Below, one piece after another: positions 29,264 to 38,294 of a stretch of 64,000 bases of DNA (its first letter is position 1; every line of letters starts with the position of its first letter). The stretch lies in the NCBI GenBank assembly GCA_017502875.1, contig JAFVUF010000017.1:32772-96771 (forward strand), given 5' to 3'. The position numbers and the translations under genes are program-made. The notes below the pieces were generated by a model. That model did not search any database and had not been told where the DNA came from. It saw nothing but the letters and a program-made list of their open reading frames with translations. This stretch comes from Clostridia bacterium. GTDB lineage: Bacteria > Bacillota > Clostridia > Oscillospirales > CAG-272.

Positions 29264-30268
29264 ATGAAAAATCTAAAAAGAGTACTATGTATTTTTCTTT
29301 GCTTGGTTATGGTTGTTGCGGCGTTTGGTTGTGATAATAATAATTCCGATGATCCGGACAATGATAACGGGAACGGTGGTGGCGGCGGTGAAGGTAGCGG
29401 AGAAAATGGCGGTAACGGCGGCGGAGAGGATAATAAGTATTCGGAGTACAGCGAACTTCTCCAAGGGGTTCTCACTAATAGTACATATAATCAATTAATC
29501 ACCAAATTCAAATCTCAATCCAGATGCGAAGAAATACTAAACTATATTCACCCATTCGGCTTCTTAGAAGATGAAGGTTATGATATATCTGCCATCAAGG
29601 CTGGTAATCTAGAATGTCATACTTCACCATTTATATACAAAGATGAGCCCAATAATCTATATATGGCAGTAGCGGTAAAAGATGGTGATCATTATGCTAA
29701 CTATCTGTTGAAATATCAATTATTTGACCAAGAGATGAATGAGTATCGTACTTTTACTAGCAAGTACTCAACCTATCAAGCATATTTCTTTAATGATGCT
29801 ATCTCTCGAGCGAAGAATGCGACCATCATTAGTGAGACCTATTTATCTAGCGACACCTTCAATAGTGCACACCATCAATATTTTACTCAGACAGCACATA
29901 ATCATATATCTGACAAAGTCAGATATGGTGATGGTATCAAACCATTCTCGACTACTTTAGTGATACTCACAGATTATGATATAGAAGCTAAGAAGTTCTC
30001 AGTATTCGTAGTGCCTAGGGTTGACTATGGCGGTGATGTGACTATTGAAAATATAAATGTAGGTAAAATAGGATTACGAACTAAATATGATGCGCCTATT
30101 ACTATAGAAAATCATATATTTACTAATCCTGACAATTTATATGAAGATACTACGCCAACTTCTACTGATCCTAAAGATGCTTATGTGCCTATATATGCTG
30201 ATGCTACTACCATGTTAGAAGACATTGTTAATGCAGATACAGATTTTTCTATCTCTAATTATACTTAA
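29264..30268 (+). CDS. Hypothetical lipoprotein with Gly/Asn/Asp-rich linker; the gene body is AT-rich and compositionally atypical
   Basis: The signal peptide MKNLKRVLCIFLCLVMVVAAFGC has a lipobox-like Cys. The low-complexity stretch DNDNGNGGGGGEGSGENGGNGGGED follows. No recognisable domain in the remaining ~270 aa. Confidence 0.7.
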   Translation: MKNLKRVLCIFLCLVMVVAAFGCDNNNSDDPDNDNGNGGGGGEGSGENGGNGGGEDNKYSEYSELLQGVLTNSTYNQLITKFKSQSRCEEILNYIHPFGFLEDEGYDISAIKAGNLECHTSPFIYKDEPNNLYMAVAVKDGDHYANYLLKYQLFDQEMNEYRTFTSKYSTYQAYFFNDAISRAKNATIISETYLSSDTFNSAHHQYFTQTAHNHISDKVRYGDGIKPFSTTLVILTDYDIEAKKFSVFVVPRVDYGGDVTIENINVGKIGLRTKYDAPITIENHIFTNPDNLYEDTTPTSTDPKDAYVPIYADATTMLEDIVNADTDFSISNYT

Positions 30269-30277
30269 ATAACAATT

Positions 30278-30308
30278 AAAAAAGTGCAAGTTTATCTTGC
30301 ACTTTTTT
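30278..30308. terminator. Bidirectional terminator
   Basis: AAAAAAGTGCAAG-TTTAT-CTTGCACTTTTTT lies between the convergent lipoprotein and uxaC genes. Confidence 0.8.
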
Positions 30309-30353
30309 CATAGTCATCGGGCGGGAGCCCGTAAGCGGTGTCGCCGTTGCGAC

Positions 30354-31769
30354 TTAAAATCCAAAGAAATTCTTCGTGTTATTATAGCAAATATCCATTA
30401 CTATATTGGCAAGAGCCTCGAAATCCTGCGGATACTCGCCGTTTTCTACCCAGTCGCCGATAAGGTCGCAGAGTATTCTGCGGAAATACTCGTGGCGGGG
30501 GTAGGAGATAAAGCTGCGGCTGTCGGTAAGCATTCCGAGGAAGTTACCAAACGGAGCGAGGTTCGCAAAAGATATCATCTGGTTACGCATACCGACAAGG
30601 TTGTCGTTAAACCACCAAGCGCTGCCCTGCATAACTCTGGGCATTCCGCCCTCGCTGTCGCACTGAAACGAGCCGAGAAGCGTGCCGATACCCGCGTTTT
30701 CCTTCGGGTCGATAGGGTAGACAACCGTTCTTGGCATACCGTTATTTACAGTCATACGGTCAAATAGCCTTGCCAAATTTTCAATACTTCCGTTTGTGCT
30801 TCCAATCATATCAAAGCCCGTGTCAGCGCCAAGCTTTTTGAACCAAACGCTATTGGGATTACGGAGAACTCCGTAGTGAATTTGAAGCACCCATTTTCTC
30901 TTTGCGTACTCAGCGCCGAAGAAGATAAGCATAGCGGTAATGAACTTGTCGGTGTCGTCCATTGACATATTTCCGTCGTTTTCGTAAGCCTTAGTGAAGA
31001 TATCGTCAAGCTCCTTGTCGTTCTTTGCAAGCGCGAATGGAACGTAGTCAACTCCGTGGTCAGCGGTGCGACAGCCGAGACTGTCGAAGTAGTCAAGACG
31101 CTTGATATACGCTTCCTTTAAGCTCTTAACGTCCTTAATCTCAACGCCCGAAGCCTTTGAAAGCTCGTCAATGTAGGCTCTGTAACCGCCGAGGTTCATC
31201 TTCAGACCCTTGTCGGGACGCCATGCTGGCAGAACCTTAGCGGTAAACTCCTTGTCCTCGGCTATAATCTTGTGGTATTCAAGGGTATCGATAGGATCGT
31301 CGGTTGTGCAGAGCGCTTCAACACCCGAAGCCATAACTATCTTCTTTGCGGTCATATCAGGGGAAGCGAGCTTCTCGTTACAAAGGTTCCAGACCTCGTC
31401 GCAGGTCTGCTCGTTCAAAATGCCCTCGTAGCCGAAATATCTTTGAAGCTCAAGGTGCGACCAGTGGTAAAGAGGATTGCCGATAAGTTTAGGCATACAG
31501 CTTGCGTACGCCTTGAATTTCTCATAATCGGAGGCGTCTCCCGTTATATACTTTTCAGGAACACCGCAGGAGCGAATAGCTCTCCATTTATAGTGGTCTC
31601 CGCCGAGCCAAAGCTCTGTGATATTTGCGTAGCTCTTGTCCTCAGCCATTTCCTTTGGGCTTATATGACAGTGGTAGTCGATAATAGGGAGCTTACTCGC
31701 GTAATTATGATACAGCGCCTTTGCGGTATCGGTTTTCAGGAGAAAATCGTTATCAAGAAAATTTTTCAT
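30354..31769 (-). CDS. uxaC: Glucuronate isomerase
   Basis: MKNFLDNDFLLKTDTAKALYHNYA...PIIDYHCHISPKE is the canonical UxaC N-terminus. The track ORF starts 5 codons earlier (31784). Confidence 0.93.
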   Translation of the reverse strand: MKNFLDNDFLLKTDTAKALYHNYASKLPIIDYHCHISPKEMAEDKSYANITELWLGGDHYKWRAIRSCGVPEKYITGDASDYEKFKAYASCMPKLIGNPLYHWSHLELQRYFGYEGILNEQTCDEVWNLCNEKLASPDMTAKKIVMASGVEALCTTDDPIDTLEYHKIIAEDKEFTAKVLPAWRPDKGLKMNLGGYRAYIDELSKASGVEIKDVKSLKEAYIKRLDYFDSLGCRTADHGVDYVPFALAKNDKELDDIFTKAYENDGNMSMDDTDKFITAMLIFFGAEYAKRKWVLQIHYGVLRNPNSVWFKKLGADTGFDMIGSTNGSIENLARLFDRMTVNNGMPRTVVYPIDPKENAGIGTLLGSFQCDSEGGMPRVMQGSAWWFNDNLVGMRNQMISFANLAPFGNFLGMLTDSRSFISYPRHEYFRRILCDLIGDWVENGEYPQDFEALANIVMDICYNNTKNFFGF

Positions 31770-31930
31770 AGCCTTTCCTTTCATTTATCTATATTTATTA
31801 TTTTTATTATATATTTTTTTGCTCTAAACGACACCTGTTTTAAGAAAATTCATAATTTTAGCTTAAAGCTACGGCTAAAAAGCCTTTGTTAACTAAATAG
31901 TAATAAATATATCTAAAATGCGATATGTGA

Positions 31931-32740
31931 TTATAATTTATAAATGCCGAAATTAAAGCCGATTGTTGTTGTAAGCGAGGTAAGCGACATAGCCTTTTCG
32001 ATGTCGGTAGGAGAGGTCTTGTAGTAATACGGCGTCATTTTAAAGAGGTTTTGAATATCGGTTTTATTATCAAGTGTTATTTCCCACTCATTAACCGTTT
32101 CGCTGACTTTGGTTAGGATATTTGTAAGAAACGTTGACGGTGGATTTTTGTACGGCGTATCGTATACGGCGCTTTTGAGACCGAAAAGGTGATTTTCGGA
32201 CGGACTGACGGTAATCAATATGCCATTCTTATTCATTACCCTTGAAAACTCGGTCTCGCAAAGCGGAGCGAATAGAGATAAAACCGCGTCGAAGCTTTGG
32301 TTTTTAAAGGGCAAGGCGTTGACGGACGCCACCGAAAAAGAGATGTCCTTATATGCCTTTGCTGCTAGCGCCACCGCGTCCTTTGAGACGTCGATTCCGT
32401 AGGTTTCGGCTGCGATACCAAGCTCACTAAGCTTATTTTTTATACCTGATGTATAATATCCCTCTCCGCAGCCTGCGTCAAGAATTTTGATTTTATCTTT
32501 GTTTACCGAGCTTTTTATAATATCGGCAACGGTATTTATAATAGGAGAGTAGTGGCCGAGAGACAGAAACGCTCTGCGAGCCGTTATCATTTCTTTGTTA
32601 TCGCCGTGAACACCGGCTTTCGCTCCGAGCAGTAGGTTAACGTAGCCCTTTGCCGAGATATCAAAGCTGTGTTTATTTATACACTCAAGCCTTCTATCAA
32701 GGACTGTTAGCGGCTCGGAGCATTTAGGACAGATATACAT
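31931..32740 (-). CDS. rlmA: 23S rRNA (guanine-N1)-methyltransferase RlmA family
   Basis: N-terminal Zn finger (CPKCSEPL...CINKHSFD), GYVNLL, and the SAM motif ILDAGCGEGYY. Confidence 0.85.
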   Translation of the reverse strand: MYICPKCSEPLTVLDRRLECINKHSFDISAKGYVNLLLGAKAGVHGDNKEMITARRAFLSLGHYSPIINTVADIIKSSVNKDKIKILDAGCGEGYYTSGIKNKLSELGIAAETYGIDVSKDAVALAAKAYKDISFSVASVNALPFKNQSFDAVLSLFAPLCETEFSRVMNKNGILITVSPSENHLFGLKSAVYDTPYKNPPSTFLTNILTKVSETVNEWEITLDNKTDIQNLFKMTPYYYKTSPTDIEKAMSLTSLTTTIGFNFGIYKL

Positions 32741-32826
32741 TATTTTTTACCGCCTTTTTGCATATAAATTAAGTATATATCATAAGCCTCGATTTGTCAA
32801 GATAATGGTTAATTTACATTTTAGTA

Positions 32827-32855
32827 TTGAATTAATTTTTTATATAGATTATAAT
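32827..32855 (+). promoter_or_regulatory. Sigma-A promoter for the ACP-like small operon
   Basis: TTGAAT (32827-32832), 17-nt spacer, TATAAT (32850-32855). Confidence 0.5.
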
Positions 32856-32883
32856 AAAATAAACATGGCTTTTGGAGGCAGAT

Positions 32884-33168
32884 ATGGAAGTAAATCTTCT
32901 TGAGGAAATAATTTTTACGCTCGCGGAGCAGCTTTCGCTCGAAGCGGATGATATAACAGTTGATTCGGATATAACGGGCGAGCTTGGCGCTGATTCACTT
33001 GATATAGTAGAGCTTTGTGATATTTTTGAAAGGAAATATCAGATCACCGCGACAGACGAGGATATAATGTCTCTTTCTACGGTTGAAAGCGTGTATGATA
33101 TGATTGCGAATAAGCTTGGTTTAGTGCAAAAATCCGACAAAAAGAATAAAGACCAGATATCTTGGTAA
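32884..33168 (+). CDS. Orphan acyl carrier protein-like protein
   Basis: GELGADSLDIVEL contains the DSL phosphopantetheine attachment motif. ATG at 32884 has a GGAGG SD. 94 aa with a Lys-rich tail. Confidence 0.7.
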   Translation: MEVNLLEEIIFTLAEQLSLEADDITVDSDITGELGADSLDIVELCDIFERKYQITATDEDIMSLSTVESVYDMIANKLGLVQKSDKKNKDQISW

Positions 33169-33183
33169 CGGAGGATACGGGTT

Positions 33184-33543
33184 ATGGGTATAAAGGAAAC
33201 GTTTAAGAAGGCATGCACTGAGGTTAAGAGCACCGCTAAAAAGGTCAGCGACAGTGTAAAAAACGAATATAAAAGAAACCAGCTCCAAAACGAGCTTGAC
33301 GAGATGTATAACACACTCGGTAAGATCAGATTTCTCGAAATGGCGGAGAAGACCGAGAACACAGAGGACAGCGAAAAGCTTTTTGAGGAGATTTCAAGAC
33401 TCCTTTCCGAGCTTGAGATACTTGCTGACCGACAAGTTAAAACCAAGGCGTGTGAGGTATGCGGCAAGGAGCTTCCCGAAAATATCGTATACTGTCCCTA
33501 CTGCGGTACCGAGATAATAGAGGAGAAGGCGGATAAGGAGTAA
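33184..33543 (+). CDS. Hypothetical coiled-coil protein with C-terminal zinc ribbon
   Basis: 119 aa. CEVCGKELPENIVYCPYCGTEI at the C-terminus. Confidence 0.6.
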   Translation: MGIKETFKKACTEVKSTAKKVSDSVKNEYKRNQLQNELDEMYNTLGKIRFLEMAEKTENTEDSEKLFEEISRLLSELEILADRQVKTKACEVCGKELPENIVYCPYCGTEIIEEKADKE

Positions 33544-33887
33544 TGAATACGGAAGTTAAAAAGGCTATCGGAGTGTTTTTTATATCTTTATTTACTCTGG
33601 GACTTGCAAGTATAGTATTTGTGTATTTGATAAGCGACAGAGCGAAAACGGACTCAAATAATAAAATACTTTATCCTATGAGGGAATGTGTTTTATATAC
33701 TGTAACCTTAGGCTTTTACGGCTTTTTATGGATTTATAAGCTCGGTAGGCGTATAGACGTCGCGGAGGGTGAAAGTGATATAAGCGCACAGACAAAGGGA
33801 AGCGTTCTTCTTATGCTTCCTTTCCTTCGGAGTATAGGCGTGTCGTATACTTATTATAGACTTAAAATGGTATCAGACGCGACGTAA
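33543..33887 (+). CDS. Small membrane protein (DUF4234-like)
   Basis: 114 aa with hydrophobic segments and a TLGFYGFLWIYKLGRRID motif reminiscent of DUF4234. Its start overlaps the stop of the upstream gene. Confidence 0.55.
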   Translation: MNTEVKKAIGVFFISLFTLGLASIVFVYLISDRAKTDSNNKILYPMRECVLYTVTLGFYGFLWIYKLGRRIDVAEGESDISAQTKGSVLLMLPFLRSIGVSYTYYRLKMVSDAT

Positions 33888-33919
33888 TTTGTATTTTGGA
33901 GTTTTAAAGTAATAATATA

Positions 33920-35746
33920 ATGATAGCAATTGGATGTGAAAACATTTCTCTTTCATTCGGCGTTGACGTGATTTTGGATAAGGTTACGTTCAGTATAAAT
34001 GAAGGGGAGAGGCTTGGAATAGTCGGTGTTAACGGAGCTGGCAAAACCTCGCTTATCCGTATTCTTACGGGTGAGGCCGAGTCTGACGGGGGAAACGTTT
34101 ATATAGCGAAAAACGCTTCGGTGGGTGTGCTTAAGCAGCACGTCGGATATGAGAGCGAAAACGACGTTTATACGGCGCTTGTTTCCGAGTTTGACTTAAC
34201 TGAATTTAACGATATAAACGAGCTTGAAAAGAAAAAAGGGGAGTATATAAGTAGGGTAAAGGGATTTCTTAAAAACCTTGGATTTTCTGAGGACGAGATG
34301 TTTAATACTCCCGTAAGCGCATTAAGCGGCGGGCAGAAAACGAGAATAGCACTTGCGTCGCTTCTTCTTAAAAACCATGATATTCTTATACTCGACGAGC
34401 CCACTAACCATCTTGATATTTCGGCGCTCGCGTGGCTTGAGGAGCATATAAAAGCGATAAAGAAGACCGTTCTCGTTATCTCACACGACAGGTATTTTCT
34501 TGACAAGGTAACTACAAAAACACTTGAAATAGAGAATAAGAAGGCAAAGCTCTATAACGGTAATTACAGCTTTTATGCCAACCAAAAGAAGACTGATAGA
34601 GAAATCCAGGAAAAGCATTACAAAAATCAGCAAAAGGAAATAGCAAGGATAGAGGCGTACATTGAAAATCAGCGCCGCTGGAACAGAGAAAGAAACATAA
34701 TAGCCGCTGAAAGCAGGCAGAAGCAGCTTGATAAAATGGTTCGTGAAAAGCGCCCTGAGGCGCTTCCGGACAAGATTAAGCTTTCATTTGGTTCGGCTGG
34801 GCGTTCGGGAGACGACGTTCTTGCTCTGAGAGGAATAACTAAATCCTTTGGGAATAAAAATTTGTTTTCCGATATAGCCTTTGAGCTGCATTACAAGGAT
34901 AGAATGTTCCTTTTCGGTGAAAACGGCTGTGGAAAATCAACGCTTATAAAGATAATTGCAGGCAGAATACCCGCTGATAAGGGCGTGGTTGATATTGGAT
35001 ATAACGTTTATCCAGCGTATTATGACCAGGAAAACCAGGACCTTTGCAATGAAAATACCGTAATGGACGAGCTTTGGAGTATGAATGAAACGTTGTCTCC
35101 TGGTGAAATACGGGGTATTTTAGCGAGGTTTTTATTCCGCGGAGATGACTGCTTTAAGGTGGTTGGAACGCTTTCAGGAGGCGAAAGAGCAAGGCTGACC
35201 TTCGCCAAGCTTTTGATGTCAAAAAGTAACCTTTTAATACTTGACGAGCCTACGAATCATCTTGATATTGATAGCCGCGAGGCGCTTGAAAACGCGCTTT
35301 TTGAGTACGAGGGAACCATAATTGCGGTAAGCCATGACCGTTACTTTATAGATAAGCTTTCTACAAGAATGATGGTTTTCAATGCTCAGGAAAAGGGTAA
35401 GCTTTTTGATTATAAGGGCGGTTACAGCGACTACGTTGCGTATAGCGAGCAATATATGTCATCAGAGAACGCAGGCACAAACGAGCAGACTGTTTCGACA
35501 TCGAAAGCCGAATTTATGAACAAAAAAGCAGAGCTTGCCGAAAAGCGAAAGCTTCAAAACAAAATCGAGCGTTCAAAAAAAGAGGTTGTAGAGATTGAAG
35601 CAAGAATGACCGAGATTGATAAGGAGTGCGAAGCTGCGGCAACCGATCATAATAGACTTTCGCAGCTTTATGAAGAAAAGGAACGCTTAGATGAAAGATT
35701 GCTTGAGCTATATGAGTTCCTGACGGACAATGGAATTGAATTATAA
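33920..35746 (+). CDS. ABC-F family ATPase (two ABC cassettes, no TM domain, C-terminal coiled coil)
   Basis: Walker A GVNGAGKTS and GENGCGKST, signature LSGGQKTR / LSGGERAR, an inter-domain linker and a charged C-terminal helix. Confidence 0.9.
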   Translation: MIAIGCENISLSFGVDVILDKVTFSINEGERLGIVGVNGAGKTSLIRILTGEAESDGGNVYIAKNASVGVLKQHVGYESENDVYTALVSEFDLTEFNDINELEKKKGEYISRVKGFLKNLGFSEDEMFNTPVSALSGGQKTRIALASLLLKNHDILILDEPTNHLDISALAWLEEHIKAIKKTVLVISHDRYFLDKVTTKTLEIENKKAKLYNGNYSFYANQKKTDREIQEKHYKNQQKEIARIEAYIENQRRWNRERNIIAAESRQKQLDKMVREKRPEALPDKIKLSFGSAGRSGDDVLALRGITKSFGNKNLFSDIAFELHYKDRMFLFGENGCGKSTLIKIIAGRIPADKGVVDIGYNVYPAYYDQENQDLCNENTVMDELWSMNETLSPGEIRGILARFLFRGDDCFKVVGTLSGGERARLTFAKLLMSKSNLLILDEPTNHLDIDSREALENALFEYEGTIIAVSHDRYFIDKLSTRMMVFNAQEKGKLFDYKGGYSDYVAYSEQYMSSENAGTNEQTVSTSKAEFMNKKAELAEKRKLQNKIERSKKEVVEIEARMTEIDKECEAAATDHNRLSQLYEEKERLDERLLELYEFLTDNGIEL

Positions 35747-35751
35747 AAAAC

Positions 35752-35783
35752 AAAAGCACCGAAATCGGTGCTTTTAATTTTTT
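35752..35783 (+). terminator. Rho-independent terminator
   Basis: AAAAGCACCG-AAAT-CGGTGCTTTT followed by AATTTTTT. Confidence 0.8.
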
Positions 35784-35840
35784 AACTACATATTATACTA
35801 AATAATAATTATTTGATAATAATGTGTTTTATAAAAAATT

Positions 35841-36100
35841 AACGGGAGCGTTTATTATGACCAAATATATTAATCGGAAGCTCCCATTAAGAAATATGCC
35901 TAACAGCTAATGGGAGCGCTTGGTATGAGTAAATGTATTAATCGGAAGCTCCCATTAAGAAATACGGCTCACAGCCAATGGGAACGTTTGGTATGAGTAA
36001 ATGTATTAATCGGGGGCTCCCATTAAGAAATAAGGTTCACAGCCAATGGGAGCGCTTGGCATGAGTAAATGTATTAGCCGGAAGCTCCCATTAAGAAATA
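35841..36100 (+). repeat. Four tandem 68-bp units, each with a GGGAG SD-like motif, an ATG small ORF and a 9-bp-stem hairpin
   Basis: Unit starts at 35841, 35909, 35977 and 36045. Consensus AATGGGAGCGYTTGGTATGAGTAAATGTATTAATCGGAAGCTCCCATTAAGAAATAYGGYTCACAGCC. Small ORFs at 35857-35910, 35925-35996, 35993-36064 and 36061-36270. Confidence 0.9.
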
Positions 36101-36272
36101 TGGAAAATACAAACGTTAAATTTAAAAATAACTTAGATATATATAATCCCCTATGTTTATGTTCTCTCTATTCTGCTAAACTTTCATTTAGTATAATAAG
36201 CAATGTGTGTTTTGCGGGAAACAGAAAAATGCGACAGTTGATTCTCTCAGCTATTACACTTCTCCGCTAAGT

Positions 36273-36298
36273 AATATTTTCAAATCTGTTCGCATATA
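36273..36298 (+). promoter_or_regulatory. Candidate sigma-E type promoter of the spoIIIA operon
   Basis: AATATT (36273-36278), 14 nt, CATATA-T (36293-36299), resembling the ATATT-N14-CATACA-T forespore-engulfment-stage mother-cell promoter pattern. It lies ~35 nt upstream of spoIIIAA. Confidence 0.4.
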
Positions 36299-36334
36299 TT
36301 TGAAGAAAGACGGACAAGCCGAGGAGGTCTACCA

Positions 36335-37234
36335 ATGCTTAAAGATTACACTGATATAAAAATGAAAATGCTTAGCTATGCCGTTTCGTTGCTTCCGGAA
36401 AGATTTCGCTCAGCCTGCAATAACTACCTTCTTGCTTATCCTGATATTTGTGAAATACGACTGCGTATAGACTCTCCGCTTTCATTTACTCTTTCTGCAA
36501 GCAATCTGATTACCGGTATGATGATAAGCCGTGAGGATATCCGTTTTACTCTTGATAAGATGACTGACGGTAATTATTTTAAAAACGAGGAGCTTATGAG
36601 AGGCGGTTATATCAGTCTTTTGTACGGAATTCGTGTTGGTGTATGCGGCGACGTTTTTGTAAGCGGTGGCGCAGTAAAAACGTTAAAATATGTAAATTAC
36701 ATAAATATCCGATTACCGTCAGCCTTTATTTCCGACTGCTCTCCCCTGATTTCTTATATTGAAAGCTCATTGTTTTCGGCTTCTGTACTTGTTATTTCAC
36801 CGCCATGCTGCGGTAAAACCACACTTTTGCGTTCTGCTGCGCTAACACTTGCAAGCGCGCCTTACAATAAGCGTGTTTGTGTGGTTGATACCAACAGAGA
36901 GCTGCTTCTCCCCTCCTCGTTTGGTGTCGGTCTATGTGAATATATGGTTGGTTATCCAAAGGCTTACGGTATTAACGTAGCGATGAGATATATGAATCCA
37001 CAGTATATTATTTGTGATGAAATAGGTGGAAGCGATGAGGCTGAGGCTATATGCGAGCTTCAGCATTCCGGAGTTCCCTTTCTTGCCTCTGCTCACGCGG
37101 ACACGTTTGCTTCACTTAAAATGCGTAAAAATATAGATATTATGCTCCAAAACGGTGTTTTTGAGGCTGTTTTGAGAATAAAAAGGACAGGGAAATCCTT
37201 TGAATACGAAATTAAAAGGGTGAGTGAATTATGA
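36335..37234 (+). CDS. spoIIIAA: Stage III sporulation protein AA (ATPase)
   Basis: 299 aa with Walker A SPPCCGKTTLLR. First gene of a colinear AA-AG set with overlapping starts and stops. Confidence 0.88.
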   Translation: MLKDYTDIKMKMLSYAVSLLPERFRSACNNYLLAYPDICEIRLRIDSPLSFTLSASNLITGMMISREDIRFTLDKMTDGNYFKNEELMRGGYISLLYGIRVGVCGDVFVSGGAVKTLKYVNYINIRLPSAFISDCSPLISYIESSLFSASVLVISPPCCGKTTLLRSAALTLASAPYNKRVCVVDTNRELLLPSSFGVGLCEYMVGYPKAYGINVAMRYMNPQYIICDEIGGSDEAEAICELQHSGVPFLASAHADTFASLKMRKNIDIMLQNGVFEAVLRIKRTGKSFEYEIKRVSEL

Positions 37235-37692
37235 GGACGGTAATAGGTATTCTCATATTAGCTTTCTCGGTGGTTTTGGCGTATATAAGGTATTATAATT
37301 TAAACAAAAGTCTAAAAATTAATCAATTTTTCTGTCTCTTGGCTGAAAAAAACGTTAAAAACAATCTACGGGAGATGCTTCCCTTTTCGGTGTTGTTTAG
37401 CGAGCTTTACCAAGCTCATTTTGATGAATGCGTTACTCTTAACGGAAGCGATGAGGTTTTTGAGTATATTGAAAGCAATATGCAACCCTTTTATAATTCA
37501 AGTAAAATTATCTCAGCGTTTAAGGCTTTCGCTTCATCAACTGAAAGTGAGCTTGAGGCTTGCGCAAAGGCCCTGATTGATGAAACCCAAGCAGGATATG
37601 AATCAGCAAAGGATTCGTTTCAGAGGTACGGCAAGGTATCATTTATTTTATACCCCTCCTGCTCTGCTATGGCTATGCTTATAATGCTATAA
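37231..37692 (+). CDS. spoIIIAB: Stage III sporulation protein AB
   Basis: 153 aa with an N-terminal TM helix. Position and size match SpoIIIAB, and it is translationally coupled to AA. Confidence 0.75.
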   Translation: MRTVIGILILAFSVVLAYIRYYNLNKSLKINQFFCLLAEKNVKNNLREMLPFSVLFSELYQAHFDECVTLNGSDEVFEYIESNMQPFYNSSKIISAFKAFASSTESELEACAKALIDETQAGYESAKDSFQRYGKVSFILYPSCSAMAMLIML

Positions 37693-37711
37693 TAAATAGG
37701 AAGAAAATGAT

Positions 37712-37909
37712 ATGGATGTTGGACTTATATTAAGGATTGGCGGAATCGGACTTATAGTCATGGTGCTGAATATATTTTTAAGCAAGAACGGACGCGATGA
37801 CCATGCAAATCTTGTTGCTCTCGCAGGAGTGATAATCGCAATATTATTACTTGTTACAAAGCTTGGCGAGCTGCTTGACATGATAAGCGGGGTGTTTGGT
37901 GTTGGCTGA
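37712..37909 (+). CDS. spoIIIAC: Stage III sporulation protein AC
   Basis: 65 aa with two TM helices. MDVGLILRIGGIGLIV...NGRDDHANLVALAGV is typical of SpoIIIAC. Confidence 0.85.
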   Translation: MDVGLILRIGGIGLIVMVLNIFLSKNGRDDHANLVALAGVIIAILLLVTKLGELLDMISGVFGVG

Positions 37910-38294
37910 GATATACAAGGCGTGCGGAGTTGCGATAATTGCTCTCGTGCTTACCGCAGTTCTGAAAAACCAAAGCGCGCAAATCGCCCCGTACATCACG
38001 CAAATCAGCGCAATAATTATAATTATAAGCTCAATTTCAGCTTTAATACCTGTTTTTACCTATATAAGAGAGCTATCGAGTGGACAAGCTACTGACATAA
38101 ATAATATTTATTTAGTCGTGCTTGCGGGAGCAATTGCGTTTGTAGGAGGAGTAGCAAGTGAGCTTTGTAAGGAAAACGGGGCAAATATGCTTAAAAACGC
38201 GCTTGATTTTTCCGTTAACGCAAATATTATGCTTCTTTCGCTTCCGCTTATCAAGGAGCTTGTTGTTAAAGCTACTGATATATTAAAGCTATGA
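37896..38294 (+). CDS. spoIIIAD: Stage III sporulation protein AD
   Basis: 132-aa polytopic membrane protein related to AC. Position is conserved. Confidence 0.8.
   Translation: MVLAEIYKACGVAIIALVLTAVLKNQSAQIAPYITQISAIIIIISSISALIPVFTYIRELSSGQATDINNIYLVVLAGAIAFVGGVASELCKENGANMLKNALDFSVNANIMLLSLPLIKELVVKATDILKL

Noticed and set aside
29248-29498. Pro-rich minus-strand ORF and other short ORFs over the start of the lipoprotein gene
   Set aside because: They are reverse or alternate-frame readings of the GGN/AAY-rich low-complexity linker. The plus-strand lipoprotein frame has the SD and signal peptide.
35841-36100. Possible CRISPR array, because of regularly spaced repeats
   Set aside because: The whole 68-bp unit is conserved, including the would-be spacer. 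There are only four units and no cas genes in the window. The period and the internal palindrome with a 31-nt loop do not fit CRISPR repeat-spacer architecture.
36046-36270. 74-aa track ORF taken as an ordinary protein gene
   Set aside because: Its 5' part is simply the fourth copy of the tandem repeat, and its annotated start lies inside the repeat stem. It is kept only as part of the repeat finding.
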